Positions 1-9,067 of a stretch of 64,000 bases of DNA are shown one piece after another (the stretch's first letter is position 1; the number at the start of each line of letters is the position of its first letter). Both the position numbers and the translations under genes were made by a program. The notes under the pieces are model-generated. The model worked only from the letters and a program-made list of their open reading frames with translations. It did no database searches and had not been told where the DNA came from. Origin of the DNA: Candidatus Thorarchaeota archaeon (lineage in GTDB: Archaea; Asgardarchaeota; Thorarchaeia; Thorarchaeales; Thorarchaeaceae); assembly GCA_048884785.1 (NCBI GenBank), contig JBHLQM010000009.1, positions 1 to 64,000 of the forward strand, written 5' to 3'.

Positions 1-77
1 ACTCGTGGACTCGACAGGGAGAGATCGCCTCCTTGGCATGGAGGAGGTCCTGGGTTCGAATCCCAGCCGGTCCACCA
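1..77 (+). tRNA. tRNA-Ala(GGC), 5' end outside the window; probable D-loop intron
   Basis: Visible elements: GATC (23-26), anticodon arm CCTCC-TTGGCAT-GGAGG (28-44), variable AGGTC, T-arm CTGGG-TTCGAAT-CCCAG (50-66), acceptor 3' strand CCGGTCC, then A-CCA (67-77). Bases 1-22 do not match the expected 5' acceptor strand, so they are intron or flank. Confidence 0.85.
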
Positions 78-134
78 TCTCATTTTCCGCTTCAGTAAAA
101 CTAAAGAGATGCCAGTCTTTTCACACTCTAGATA

Positions 135-1079
135 GTGGTGGGATTGACAGATACAGAAGAGGTAATTTTCGGGACTCTCCTTAAAGCTGACATTTCTGAT
201 ATGGGGTTCGGGACAATAGTAGTTGAACTCGAAGACAGGGAACTCGAATTGATATGGAGCAAGAAAACAGTGGGTGAAATTCCTGCTATTGGTACCAAGG
301 TATATGTTACAGTTGAGATGGCTAAGATTCCAAGAGCCTTGAAACTCTCATTGAATGAGTCTGACAGTGTTGCACAATCATCGTGGGATAAAACTGTGAA
401 AAGGCGTGAAATCGACCAAGCGATGCATGAGGCCCATATAGAATCGCCCGATCTGAGCGACAATATGTTCCTGAATGTACTAAACAATGTACTCTTCCAT
501 GAAATAGTTACCCGGAACCTCACAAGAGCAAGCAAGACACTCTCAACTCGTGCGCAGCAGGAGCTTGAGATTACAATTCCTAGTGGCCCAGGAGTGCAAG
601 ATGCCGTCAATCGGTCAAGACTAAGTGTTTTGGTTTCTAAGAAGATGATACAATTACTGCCATTCTGGATGATTCTGGAAGAGCATTTCAATTCTGATCC
701 GGTCTATCTTGTTGAGCGAGAAATAAAAGATGCAATTCAATATGCTAGGTATCAATTGCAGACCAATAAAGCAAATCAAAAGTCATGGTTGCTACTCGCA
801 TCGTGCCATGCATGGAAAAAGGACTACAAGCAAGCAGAAAAGATGATACTTGAACAAATCAGGGATTTTGGTGAGAATCAGATATCGTTATTCGCGCTTG
901 GCGCATTGGAAATGGGTAAAGATAGGATTGACCAAGCTGTTGAACATCTTGAAACTGCAGACAAAATCGCGGATGAACAAAATTTCGATGAAATGCGAAA
1001 AGTCATTCACGATGCTTGCTTCTTATCCAAACTCATGAAGAAAGCTAGAGGCTCGCCTTTCTTAGAGCCCTTCTTCTAA
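135..1079 (+). CDS. hypothetical protein with C-terminal TPR-like helices (cassette 1)
   Basis: 314-aa ORF. C-terminal SWLLLASCHAWKKDYKQAE and SLFALGALEMGKDRIDQAVEHLETA fit the TPR pattern. Confidence 0.7.
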   Translation: MVGLTDTEEVIFGTLLKADISDMGFGTIVVELEDRELELIWSKKTVGEIPAIGTKVYVTVEMAKIPRALKLSLNESDSVAQSSWDKTVKRREIDQAMHEAHIESPDLSDNMFLNVLNNVLFHEIVTRNLTRASKTLSTRAQQELEITIPSGPGVQDAVNRSRLSVLVSKKMIQLLPFWMILEEHFNSDPVYLVEREIKDAIQYARYQLQTNKANQKSWLLLASCHAWKKDYKQAEKMILEQIRDFGENQISLFALGALEMGKDRIDQAVEHLETADKIADEQNFDEMRKVIHDACFLSKLMKKARGSPFLEPFF

Positions 1080-1166
1080 ACGGATTATCAAAAAATTGAA
1101 GGATATTAGGGCAACGGCGAGCAGATTTTAGTCTTCATAAAGGGGAACTGTCCAAGTAAACCAGAA

Positions 1167-1210
1167 TGGCATGGAGGAGGTCCTGGGTTCGAATCCCAGC
1201 CGGTCCACCA
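1167..1210 (+). repeat. tRNA-Ala 3'-half direct repeat R1 (att-like)
   Basis: 44/44 identical to 34-77, starting inside the anticodon loop (TGGCAT...CCACCA). Confidence 0.97.
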
Positions 1211-1467
1211 TTTCTTTCATGATTAGGTGAACCATATCGAAACTCTTCATCACATGCAATTCTCTTTTCTTGTGGTCCTCGCTCTGTATCTGATATTGAA
1301 TCCATACCAGAGGATGAGAGTCTATCACGCATCCCAATAAAATATGGTCAAGAAGCCATTTCCACATTCAATTCATTATTGACACAAAATGTTATCTCCG
1401 AAATAATGCAGTGTATATGATATTGATATAATGAGCTGCACATCCATTGGGCTAGGAGGACAGTTCC

Positions 1468-3255
1468 ATGAGTCACTTGGCAGATGATTCGTTGCTATCG
1501 AGTGCTGAGCGGCTGGTGCTCGATGAGAGATACAGTGAGGCGCTTCACGAGATTGACAGACTCCGAAGAAACAAGATTGAAAGAGGAACTCAGTTGAGAT
1601 GTGGTATTCTAGAGAGTCGATGCTTCTCGGGTTTGGGGGACTTCGGTAAAGCAATCAAAGCTGCACAAGATGTTGTGGATATGGGAAGCAAATTCCAAGA
1701 ACATAAGATGGATGTCATAGATGGACTACTCGAGATGGCTGATGCATCATGGGGGCTTGGCCTGCCTGACATGATACTTGAAACATGTAGTAAAGCTGAG
1801 AAACTTAGGACGGAGCTGTCGACAGAAGACGAGTCCTTACTCGATTCCATCAAGGCGAATATACTTTTCCACGAGTCTCTTGGCTGGTACATGAAAGACG
1901 ACGTGCACCGGGCCATCGAGTGTGCTTGCCAGAGTCTTTCAATAAGGGAGGGATTGGAGGATGTACAAGGCATCGTATCAAGTCTTCTGCGTGTTGGATA
2001 TCTACATATTGAAGTAGATCTGGATCAAGCCCTAGAATACGTGGAGAGGGGTTTGATGCTAAATAAACAGCTCAGGTGCAATGGTCATGTCATCTTCGGT
2101 TATTCTTGCAAAGCATGTATAGAGTTAATGAGATGTAATTGGGATGAATGCGAACAACTCGCATCTCAGGCATTGACATTGGTCAAGAAACACAATCACC
2201 GGAGATGGATGCTGTGGCCTCTATTTCTATTTTCCAATATGTCCTTGGTGAAAGGAGATTTTAGACGTTCGTTGGAGTATAGCCAAGAATATCTCGCCAA
2301 AAGCGAGAAAGCCAATGCGCAACTACACATCGGTATAGCCTCTGTATATATGGGAGAAATATTCAGAGCTCGCGGAGACTTTGAGAATGCTCTGAAGGCT
2401 TATGAAAGGTCCATGGAGATTAACAGGAAAATGGGCCGTTCCAAAGGATATATTGTATCAATGGCAAATTGCGGCATGGTTGAGATTGCGATGGGACATC
2501 CAGACGAAGCCTTAATGTTACTGGAAGAGAGCCTGATGCTTGCTGAAAAGCAGGAGCAAGCTGGGCTGCTTGGCGGATTCATTAGACCATATAATATTCT
2601 CAACATCGTTTCCATTCTTGTAGATAAAGGACTGGTCAATGAGGCTCAACAGCGAGTGGAGCGTGCACGTCTGATAAGTGAAGAAACGAACGCTTTGTAT
2701 GACACACAAGCCTACAGAATAGCAGCGGCCTTGGTGTTAAAATCGAGTATGCTTCCGAGAAGCAGGAAAATAGCCAAGGAATATCTTATCGACGTAATTG
2801 ACGGAAGCTTCATTGATTATGAGCTCACTGCTATGGCTCTCTTAAATCTCGCTGAAATCCTTGTGAATGAGTTACAGATGACGGGTAATCAAGATATATT
2901 AGATGCCCTCGAAACCCGCTTGGATGCGTTGTCGACGTTGGCAAATAGGCAGGACTCTGGTTTATTGTTAATAGAAACTCTGTTGCTTCAATCTAAGGTC
3001 GCGTTACTTCAACTCGATGCAGCTAGGGTCAATCGACTTCTGGACCAAGCGAAAATTTTCGCACAAGAGAAAGGAATTGACAGAATCTTAGAACGCATAG
3101 CCAACGAACATAGCATATTATTAAATGAGTTAGGTGTCTGGGAGAACCTCGGTGAGAACAGCCCTCCAATGGCGAAACGAGCAGAGAAGGCTCGTATCCA
3201 AGAGCAGATTTATGATATGATAAGACAGGGCACATGGAGAAAGATGCTCTTCTAA
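1468..3255 (+). CDS. tetratricopeptide-repeat protein (cassette 2)
   Basis: 595-aa all-helical ORF with repeated TPR consensus, e.g. YMGEIFRARGDFENALKAYERSMEINRKMG. Confidence 0.85.
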   Translation: MSHLADDSLLSSAERLVLDERYSEALHEIDRLRRNKIERGTQLRCGILESRCFSGLGDFGKAIKAAQDVVDMGSKFQEHKMDVIDGLLEMADASWGLGLPDMILETCSKAEKLRTELSTEDESLLDSIKANILFHESLGWYMKDDVHRAIECACQSLSIREGLEDVQGIVSSLLRVGYLHIEVDLDQALEYVERGLMLNKQLRCNGHVIFGYSCKACIELMRCNWDECEQLASQALTLVKKHNHRRWMLWPLFLFSNMSLVKGDFRRSLEYSQEYLAKSEKANAQLHIGIASVYMGEIFRARGDFENALKAYERSMEINRKMGRSKGYIVSMANCGMVEIAMGHPDEALMLLEESLMLAEKQEQAGLLGGFIRPYNILNIVSILVDKGLVNEAQQRVERARLISEETNALYDTQAYRIAAALVLKSSMLPRSRKIAKEYLIDVIDGSFIDYELTAMALLNLAEILVNELQMTGNQDILDALETRLDALSTLANRQDSGLLLIETLLLQSKVALLQLDAARVNRLLDQAKIFAQEKGIDRILERIANEHSILLNELGVWENLGENSPPMAKRAEKARIQEQIYDMIRQGTWRKMLF

Positions 3256-3294
3256 TGATGACCAATCTACTAGCAAGAGATGGCATTTGCATTT

Positions 3295-4770
3295 CTAAAG
3301 CTCTGCATCGAGTGATTGGATCTTGGAAATAATCCTCCTTCGAAGGCTTTTGACACCTGGCGAATCAGAAACACTCAAAGCATTCTCAAGGGTTTCTCTG
3401 GCTGATTCGGTCTTCCCTTGCAGAATCTGTAACTCAGACTTCATGAGGTCGTGACTCATCATGATTCCTGGAAGGTTATAGTCCTCGGCAAGTTTCCATA
3501 GTTCCGACAGCCACGGACCCGAGGAATACGCATCAATATACGAACTGTCTGTTTTGGCGATAGCCAGCTCCGCTTGCGTCAAAGCTAACGAGCAGTAGAC
3601 TACATAGAGCAGTATGTTTTGTCGTTTGTATATGTCAAGAGCCTGCTTAAGAGTCTCGATGGCGGTCCTAGGATCGCCTCTGGCTATTTCGCAAATACCT
3701 AGAACGTAGTAGTATTGCCCCAAGACAGATTCGTGACCGCTCTTCAAAGACAGCGGCTTAGCTCTGTCGAGGTGGTCTGATGCTTTATCAAGTAATCCAA
3801 GACCTATCAATGAACGCGCCATAGCCAAATGGGACCAGACGATATTACCCGGATCTGCAGATTTCATTGCAGATTCAGCCCATGCAAAGGCCTCCAAATG
3901 GTCATCGAGATTATGATATGCGTGAGAAAGGTTGAGTACAGTGAAATATCCAGGTATCTCTTCACGCTCTTCGGAATGCACGCTGTCTAGGTGACAGTTT
4001 AATGCTAAGTCATACTCTCCGAGTATTGTTGATACGAGACCCATTTCGTTTAGAATCACACTTTCTTCATGTATTGCATCCAGCTCTGTACAGATAGCGT
4101 AGGCATTCTCAAGATGATCTAATGCCAACCTTACATCTGAGTTCTTTGTGAGATTCGCGAGGTCAATCAGTAGCTTCATGATTCTATAGCGATCATCATA
4201 CTTCCGTGCAGTTTCCAGTCCCGCTTCAATCTCTGCAATCGCTTTTTCGGTATTATCATCAATTGCGTGTATCCAGCATCTGATATTATGAAATCCAGCT
4301 TTGAAACACTCCAAATCCGGTTGGCTAGTCAGTATTTCGAGAATAGACTCAACAAACCCTGGGAATTCCGTAGCTAGACCTGGAAAGCCTTCACTTACCT
4401 GAGGGAGTTGAGCCAAGATCCAGTTTTCAGGTTTAGCAGCAATTGCGTTTTCAATAGACTGGCGAATTTCGGAAAGCACCATTCCGGTCTTATCTGGTAT
4501 TCTCTGACAAATGGTCCAAGGTCTGATAATGGCGTATTCAGGATACTTTGCGGCTATGCGTTGTATCATCTCCAGCTCAGTCAACTGCCAGGAGTGGACA
4601 GCAGCAAGATATGCAAGGTGAATAGGGACATCATTATCACAGACTCTGGCCCCTAGAGCTAGTGAAAATTCACGGTAGGTCCGTGAATCATTCATGATAG
4701 ACTTGATTGCATTTCTTGTTTCCGAATCAATGAAGGGGTAGTACATTGTGATTGTGCCGAGTGGTTCCAT
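3295..4770 (-). CDS. tetratricopeptide-repeat protein (cassette 2)
   Basis: 491-aa ORF with TPR units (ILNEMGLVSTILGEYDLALNCHLDS). The N-terminal MEPLGTITMYYPFID motif is recalled from an expanded Thorarchaeia TPR family. Confidence 0.85.
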   Translation of the reverse strand: MEPLGTITMYYPFIDSETRNAIKSIMNDSRTYREFSLALGARVCDNDVPIHLAYLAAVHSWQLTELEMIQRIAAKYPEYAIIRPWTICQRIPDKTGMVLSEIRQSIENAIAAKPENWILAQLPQVSEGFPGLATEFPGFVESILEILTSQPDLECFKAGFHNIRCWIHAIDDNTEKAIAEIEAGLETARKYDDRYRIMKLLIDLANLTKNSDVRLALDHLENAYAICTELDAIHEESVILNEMGLVSTILGEYDLALNCHLDSVHSEEREEIPGYFTVLNLSHAYHNLDDHLEAFAWAESAMKSADPGNIVWSHLAMARSLIGLGLLDKASDHLDRAKPLSLKSGHESVLGQYYYVLGICEIARGDPRTAIETLKQALDIYKRQNILLYVVYCSLALTQAELAIAKTDSSYIDAYSSGPWLSELWKLAEDYNLPGIMMSHDLMKSELQILQGKTESARETLENALSVSDSPGVKSLRRRIISKIQSLDAEL

Positions 4771-4894
4771 ATTCGGTTACCTGTCCACACTAACTTTGGT
4801 TCTTACTTATATTCCGCCTTCCACATACTGACAACTCTCTTTGATTTAGATTTTGTTTAGCCGTGTTCGGATGGCGATTTCAAGACACTACACG

Positions 4895-4945
4895 CTCCTC
4901 CATGTATGGAGGAGGATCGGAGTTCAAATCCCAGCCGGTCCACCA
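4895..4945 (+). repeat. tRNA-Ala 3'-half direct repeat R2, diverged, with palindromic anticodon-arm analogue
   Basis: 4906-4945 matches 38-77 at 35/40. Its left end forms the inverted repeat CTCCTCCAT-GT-ATGGAGGAG (4895-4914). Confidence 0.9.
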
Positions 4946-5031
4946 TTCTATTCCTACTCACAATGTGGGTGTAACTGGAAATCTTGACTAAATGTTGAAA
5001 TATGTTTCAGGTTGAATCATGTTGAACTAAT

Positions 5032-5463
5032 ATGACTTCGATGAGCCAGGAAGCAAATGGCTTTAGAATTGTAAGACTTTTAGCTATTCTTTTTCTTGCC
5101 AATGCGATAATCTTACCTCTTCTTGTCATCATCCTGCCTTTACCTGACCTTCCTCCAGCAACGACACCATCAATTATGTCATTGATCATGATGATACTAA
5201 TGCCTCTGGAATTATTTCTTGTCTACATCCTCTATCAACTTCTAGGAAAGAAAACGAATACCAAGAATATTCCCGGAATTGCAGCTCTACTATTTGTGAC
5301 AGGCACTATTCCCTCGGTTTATGGTTTTGCAATCGGGTTCACTGATCCAAGTTTTCGATTTCTGGGTGCATTCATGGGTCTGGTTTTTGGACTATCAGGA
5401 ATGTTTCTTGCGTGGAAGCTAATTAATCGGGTATGGGACTCGATTAATGCAGACACCCTCTAA
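5032..5463 (+). CDS. small integral membrane protein, ~4 TM (cassette 3)
   Basis: 143-aa ORF with four hydrophobic stretches; fills the space between R2 and R3. Confidence 0.75.
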   Translation: MTSMSQEANGFRIVRLLAILFLANAIILPLLVIILPLPDLPPATTPSIMSLIMMILMPLELFLVYILYQLLGKKTNTKNIPGIAALLFVTGTIPSVYGFAIGFTDPSFRFLGAFMGLVFGLSGMFLAWKLINRVWDSINADTL

Positions 5464-5486
5464 GAAAGAGAGTGATGCAATAACAA

Positions 5487-5530
5487 TGGCATGGAGGAGG
5501 TCCTGGGTTCAAATCCCAGCCGGTCCACCA
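5487..5530 (+). repeat. tRNA-Ala 3'-half direct repeat R3
   Basis: 43/44 identical to 34-77 (TTCAAAT vs TTCGAAT); same left boundary as R1. Confidence 0.97.
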
Positions 5531-5627
5531 CTTCTTACTGCTCCTTACACCCATAGACTCGGATGCGCTGAGAAATCATCTTATTACAAACGAGAGGTAT
5601 GCTATCCCATAAGGGTCTGATAAGTGA

Positions 5628-6320
5628 GTGAAACTCATGAAGCTTCTAGTTTTCAATGGAAGTCCTAGAAAATCTAATGGTACAACCGACATCCTTTTGC
5701 AAGCCTTTATTGAAGGTGCAAAAGAATCAGGGGCTGATGTTGAAAAGCACTATGTAGTCGATTTGAATATTGGCGGATGCCGAGGATGTTTCAACTGCTG
5801 GTGGGTAACACCAGGTAAATGTGTACAACGGGATGATATGGATACGCTCCTACCTGCGATTGCAGAAGCTGATATCATGTTACTTGGTACTCCAATCTAC
5901 GGACGCAATGTTACTCATTACATGCAGCGACTACTGGAACGGACCTTCTCATTCTCTCTTCCCGAGATGATGATTCAAGAAGGTGAAACACGCCATCCTG
6001 GAAGAATACGCAAGTTTCCCCGTGGGGTTTTGGCTGCGACATGCGGTTTTCCTGACACTAGCAACTTCGATATTGTAAAAGCCCTTTTTCCAACAGTACT
6101 TCCAATCTTTCTACCTGCAGCTCATTTATTGCTCTACGAAGAGGGAAAGAAGCAACTTTCGGACTTTCTCCAGGCTGTAAGGGATGCAGGACAGAAGCTT
6201 GCTGCAGGTGAGGAACTCACTCAGGAATCGAAGGATAATCTGATCGTTGAATTCTCAGATGAGATGAAACAGAAAATTGTGGAAATGCACAATAGATATA
6301 GTGAATCACGAAGCCAATAG
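5628..6320 (+). CDS. flavodoxin-fold NAD(P)H-dependent FMN reductase / iron-sulfur flavoprotein family (cassette 4)
   Basis: NGSPRKSNGTT FMN loop, CxxCxxC...C cluster motif (CRGCFNCWWVTPGKC), GTPIY. ATG at 5637 is a likely start. Confidence 0.9.
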   Translation: MKLMKLLVFNGSPRKSNGTTDILLQAFIEGAKESGADVEKHYVVDLNIGGCRGCFNCWWVTPGKCVQRDDMDTLLPAIAEADIMLLGTPIYGRNVTHYMQRLLERTFSFSLPEMMIQEGETRHPGRIRKFPRGVLAATCGFPDTSNFDIVKALFPTVLPIFLPAAHLLLYEEGKKQLSDFLQAVRDAGQKLAAGEELTQESKDNLIVEFSDEMKQKIVEMHNRYSESRSQ

Positions 6321-6414
6321 CACCCTCCTATCCGATCTCTCTTGGTTCAACATCTCTTTCCAGTTTGAAGGAAACGGAACGGATGCCATCATTGTGTATT
6401 TCAACCAAAGCAGG

Positions 6415-6456
6415 GGAGGTCGTGTGTTCGAATCCCAGCCGGTCCACCATCTCATT
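6415..6456 (+). repeat. tRNA-Ala 3' direct repeat R4 including 7 nt of tRNA trailer
   Basis: 6426-6456 is identical to 54-84, including TCTCATT after CCA. GGAGGTC matches 43-49. The T-stem 5' strand is GTGTG instead of CTGGG. Confidence 0.93.
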
Positions 6457-6600
6457 CTAAACTGAATACAAGACAATAGCTGTGGTCATATCCGTGATTC
6501 TGTGGACTATCCCTTCTCACTATCTCCTCCTCCTGGCACTCAAGCACCATTTGCGGGGAAGATTTCCCTTTTATGGTGATTTCATCATCTGCTGTGCACT

Positions 6601-7086
6601 ATGACAAACGTTGAGGCAGAGGAAAGAAAGAAGACAATTCAGACTTTCAAGAACTGCGAGATTCGTCACGCTCGGGATAAGGCAGCTATCCTAGGTGCAC
6701 TAGAGAAGCGATTTGGCTCAGAGGTAAGAGAAATCTTCGCCGAGGAGAGATCAAAGATAATCTGTGAAGCCTGGAGAAAGATTGCTGAAAAGTCTAAAGG
6801 TGAAACACCAGCCGATCTCATTAGGGTGATGTGGGAGCCTGTCAAGGACATATTTCCATACGAGATTGAAAGAGAGGAAGAAGGGGAAATCCAGCTCAGG
6901 GTTTCAGGATGCATATACTACGACGTTGCAAAGGAAGTCGGCATCGAAGGCACTTGGGGTTACGACTTGTTTTGTGGGGATGATCCATACATTGTGGCGG
7001 GATTCAATCCGAAGATGAAGTTCGAACGAACCAAGACGTTGATGGAAGGAGATGGCTATTGTGATCACTGCTACACTTTGAAGTGA
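6601..7086 (+). CDS. L-2-amino-thiazoline-4-carboxylic acid hydrolase (ATC hydrolase) family protein (cassette 5)
   Basis: C.YY...C..D...GFNP..KFERTKTLMEGDGYCDH signature. Confidence 0.85.
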   Translation: MTNVEAEERKKTIQTFKNCEIRHARDKAAILGALEKRFGSEVREIFAEERSKIICEAWRKIAEKSKGETPADLIRVMWEPVKDIFPYEIEREEEGEIQLRVSGCIYYDVAKEVGIEGTWGYDLFCGDDPYIVAGFNPKMKFERTKTLMEGDGYCDHCYTLK

Positions 7087-7190
7087 GCAGAGAAAGAATT
7101 GAGGATTGTAGGGGTTGGAAGACCCTTCGGATACTGTTATTCGCCAACAAACGGATCACTAATCGAGTCTTCTTTCAAGGATTAACTTGA

Positions 7191-7270
7191 CTTCCAAAAT
7201 GGAAGAGGTCGCGTGACTCCGTGCAACTCGTTTTTGTGGGGTACGAATTCGAATCCCAGCCGGTCCACCA
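7191..7270 (+). repeat. chimeric tRNA-fragment repeat R5 with a 32-nt intron-like insert
   Basis: CTTCC-AAAAT-GGAAG-AGGTC-GCGTG, then a 32-nt insert (7216-7247), then 23/23 identity to 55-77. Confidence 0.9.
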
Positions 7271-7274
7271 CCAA

Positions 7275-7712
7275 TTAATACTCCTTTCTGAAGGCGGAAT
7301 CCATTATTTTCCTCCCCTCTTTCAGACAGCAATTCCTGCAATTTGCCCGTTTCGCTGCAACAATCCCATATCCTACATGTGCAGTTCCCTTCGAATCTTG
7401 GTTTATCGAAACCACTCTTCCGCATGAGGTGAGATACAGATCTCGTTCAATTCCCTTACTCCAACCTCTGGCAGAGTGTATTGGCTCATCTTCTTTAGTA
7501 AGAAAGACTTGGGTCAATCGAACCTCTAAACCAAGTCCAAACTTTAAACCAAGTCCAGCCAGAATGAATCCAAGTCCAACCAGAAAGGGGATCGGAGATG
7601 GAATATAGAGGCTTCCGGTCAAAAGGATACGTGCAGAAACAGGAATGAGGAAAAACAGTACGCCTGCGAAAACAAGTAGTCCTCCAATTAGGCTATAGAA
7701 ATTCTCATCCAT
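7275..7712 (-). CDS. 2-TM membrane protein with C-terminal His/Cys putative metal-binding domain; paralogue of 13467-13850
   Basis: Two hydrophobic helices, then EPIHSA..W.KG...C.R.VS...GTAHVGY.IV.A..A.CxxC, shared with the ORF at 13.5 kb. Confidence 0.8.
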   Translation of the reverse strand: MDENFYSLIGGLLVFAGVLFFLIPVSARILLTGSLYIPSPIPFLVGLGFILAGLGLKFGLGLEVRLTQVFLTKEDEPIHSARGWSKGIERDLYLTSCGRVVSINQDSKGTAHVGYGIVAAKRANCRNCCLKEGRKIMDSAFRKEY

Positions 7713-7925
7713 TTATACTTCTCCCCGTCATAATATAGTATCCATCGCACTTCATCTTTTCGCCGTCTGGCATCAGCTTTTTCACAAAGTTGTTTATCCC
7801 GAATCTTCACATCAAGCCTATATACAGGCTCTGACATCATCTTGTAAGCAACCCCCTCATACTCGGGAAAAAGAGCTGACACGCTTAGTTTCGAGTAGTG
7901 GTGTAAAAGATAATGAGACGGTTTT

Positions 7926-9053
7926 ATGGTAGACTGGGAAACTTGGGAAGGCGTTGTGCTTCGGAAACTCGAATTGCCAAATGGAAAGGTAGCATCCAAT
8001 CGGATCATGCGGGCCGCTACTTGGATGGGACAGGCTGATGCAAATGGGATTTGTGGAAACCAGATCATCGACACATATGGAAAGATCAGAGCTGGTATCG
8101 TAGTGACTGACTTTCAGTATGTGATGTATGAGGGACAGTCCATTCGACGGATGATTTCAAACTCAAAGCCTGCTGATGTTGAGGGTCTTAAACGTCTAGC
8201 TGACATTATTCATTCTAAAGGTAATCTAGCAGCGGCTCAATTGGTTCATTGTGGGGCCAAGAGTTATCCAAAATATGCAGGCATTGATGTGGTATTTGGA
8301 CCCAGTGATATGGAAGTCCCACACCCGCGGGGTGAGATTGTTCGTGTGCAGGCAATGACTGTGGAGCATATTGAGAGAGTTACCCAGGCCTATGCAGATG
8401 CAGCGAAACGTGCAGTTGAGGCAGGATTTGATATCATTGAGCTTCATGGAGCTCATCATTATGGGCTCTGGGAATTCTTTGACCCAACATACAATCAGCG
8501 TCCAGAAAGTGATCCTTACACTGGTACTACAATCGAAGGCCGCTGTAAGGCAATGGTTGATGCCGTAAGAGCAGTCAAAAATGCGGTCGACATTCCAATC
8601 CAAGTGAAGGTGGATTCAAGGTCTAAATCAGTCAGTCCTCAGGAAGTTGGTGAATTGACAAAGAAACTGGCTGAAGCAGGAGCATATTGTGTGATTTTCA
8701 GTGGACCCAACCCAAGCCAAGATCCAAAGGACGTAGGTGAGGCATACTTCCTGGACGATGCAATGGCTATCCGTTCCATTGCACATGATACAGGTCTCAT
8801 GTTTGGATTGGTGGGTGGTATCCGGTCTCCAGAAACTGTAGTCAAGCTACTATCAGGAGATGGAAATCCTGCAAATGCGTTCGATGTAATTCAGCTGAGC
8901 CGCCCATTAATTAGTGAGCCTGCACTTCTAGACCGGTGGAAGGAAGAGGCGAAAAAGAACAAACAAGAGCCTGCGCGATGCATATCCTGCAATAATTGTC
9001 TTTGGAATGGCTTTATAGAGCATGTGAGATGCGTTCAGTTTGAAGACGATTAA
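7926..9053 (+). CDS. NADH:flavin oxidoreductase / Old Yellow Enzyme family with C-terminal Fe-S motif
   Basis: NRIMRAAT, AQLVHCG, AGFDIIELHGAHHY, LSRPLISEP, CISCNNC...C. Confidence 0.92.
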   Translation: MVDWETWEGVVLRKLELPNGKVASNRIMRAATWMGQADANGICGNQIIDTYGKIRAGIVVTDFQYVMYEGQSIRRMISNSKPADVEGLKRLADIIHSKGNLAAAQLVHCGAKSYPKYAGIDVVFGPSDMEVPHPRGEIVRVQAMTVEHIERVTQAYADAAKRAVEAGFDIIELHGAHHYGLWEFFDPTYNQRPESDPYTGTTIEGRCKAMVDAVRAVKNAVDIPIQVKVDSRSKSVSPQEVGELTKKLAEAGAYCVIFSGPNPSQDPKDVGEAYFLDDAMAIRSIAHDTGLMFGLVGGIRSPETVVKLLSGDGNPANAFDVIQLSRPLISEPALLDRWKEEAKKNKQEPARCISCNNCLWNGFIEHVRCVQFEDD

Positions 9054-9067
9054 TGTTGAGGATTAAT

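Noticed and set aside
7108-7130. T-arm-like AGGGGTTGGAAGACCCT upstream of R5
   Set aside because: Too short, with no acceptor strand or CCA; compatible with chance or a terminator hairpin.
34-7270. CRISPR array interpretation of the repeats
   Set aside because: The repeats are tRNA sequence, the spacers are 0.5-3.7 kb with whole genes, and no cas genes are present.
1167-7270. Repeats as functional or split tRNA genes
   Set aside because: No D-arm or 5' acceptor strand, T-stems mispaired in three copies, and no obvious complementary leader for trans-splicing; treated as att-like fragments.
1128-7427. Short ORFs crossing the repeats (1128-1367, 1135-1332, 6277-6465, 7159-7425, 7221-7427) that share FESQPVHH or GPAGIR peptides
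   Set aside because: The shared peptides are simply translations of the tRNA repeat, not a protein family.
7688-7840. Possible 50-aa minus-strand ORF MMSEPVYRLDVK...
   Set aside because: No recognisable motif and it overlaps the start of the next gene; cannot be supported.
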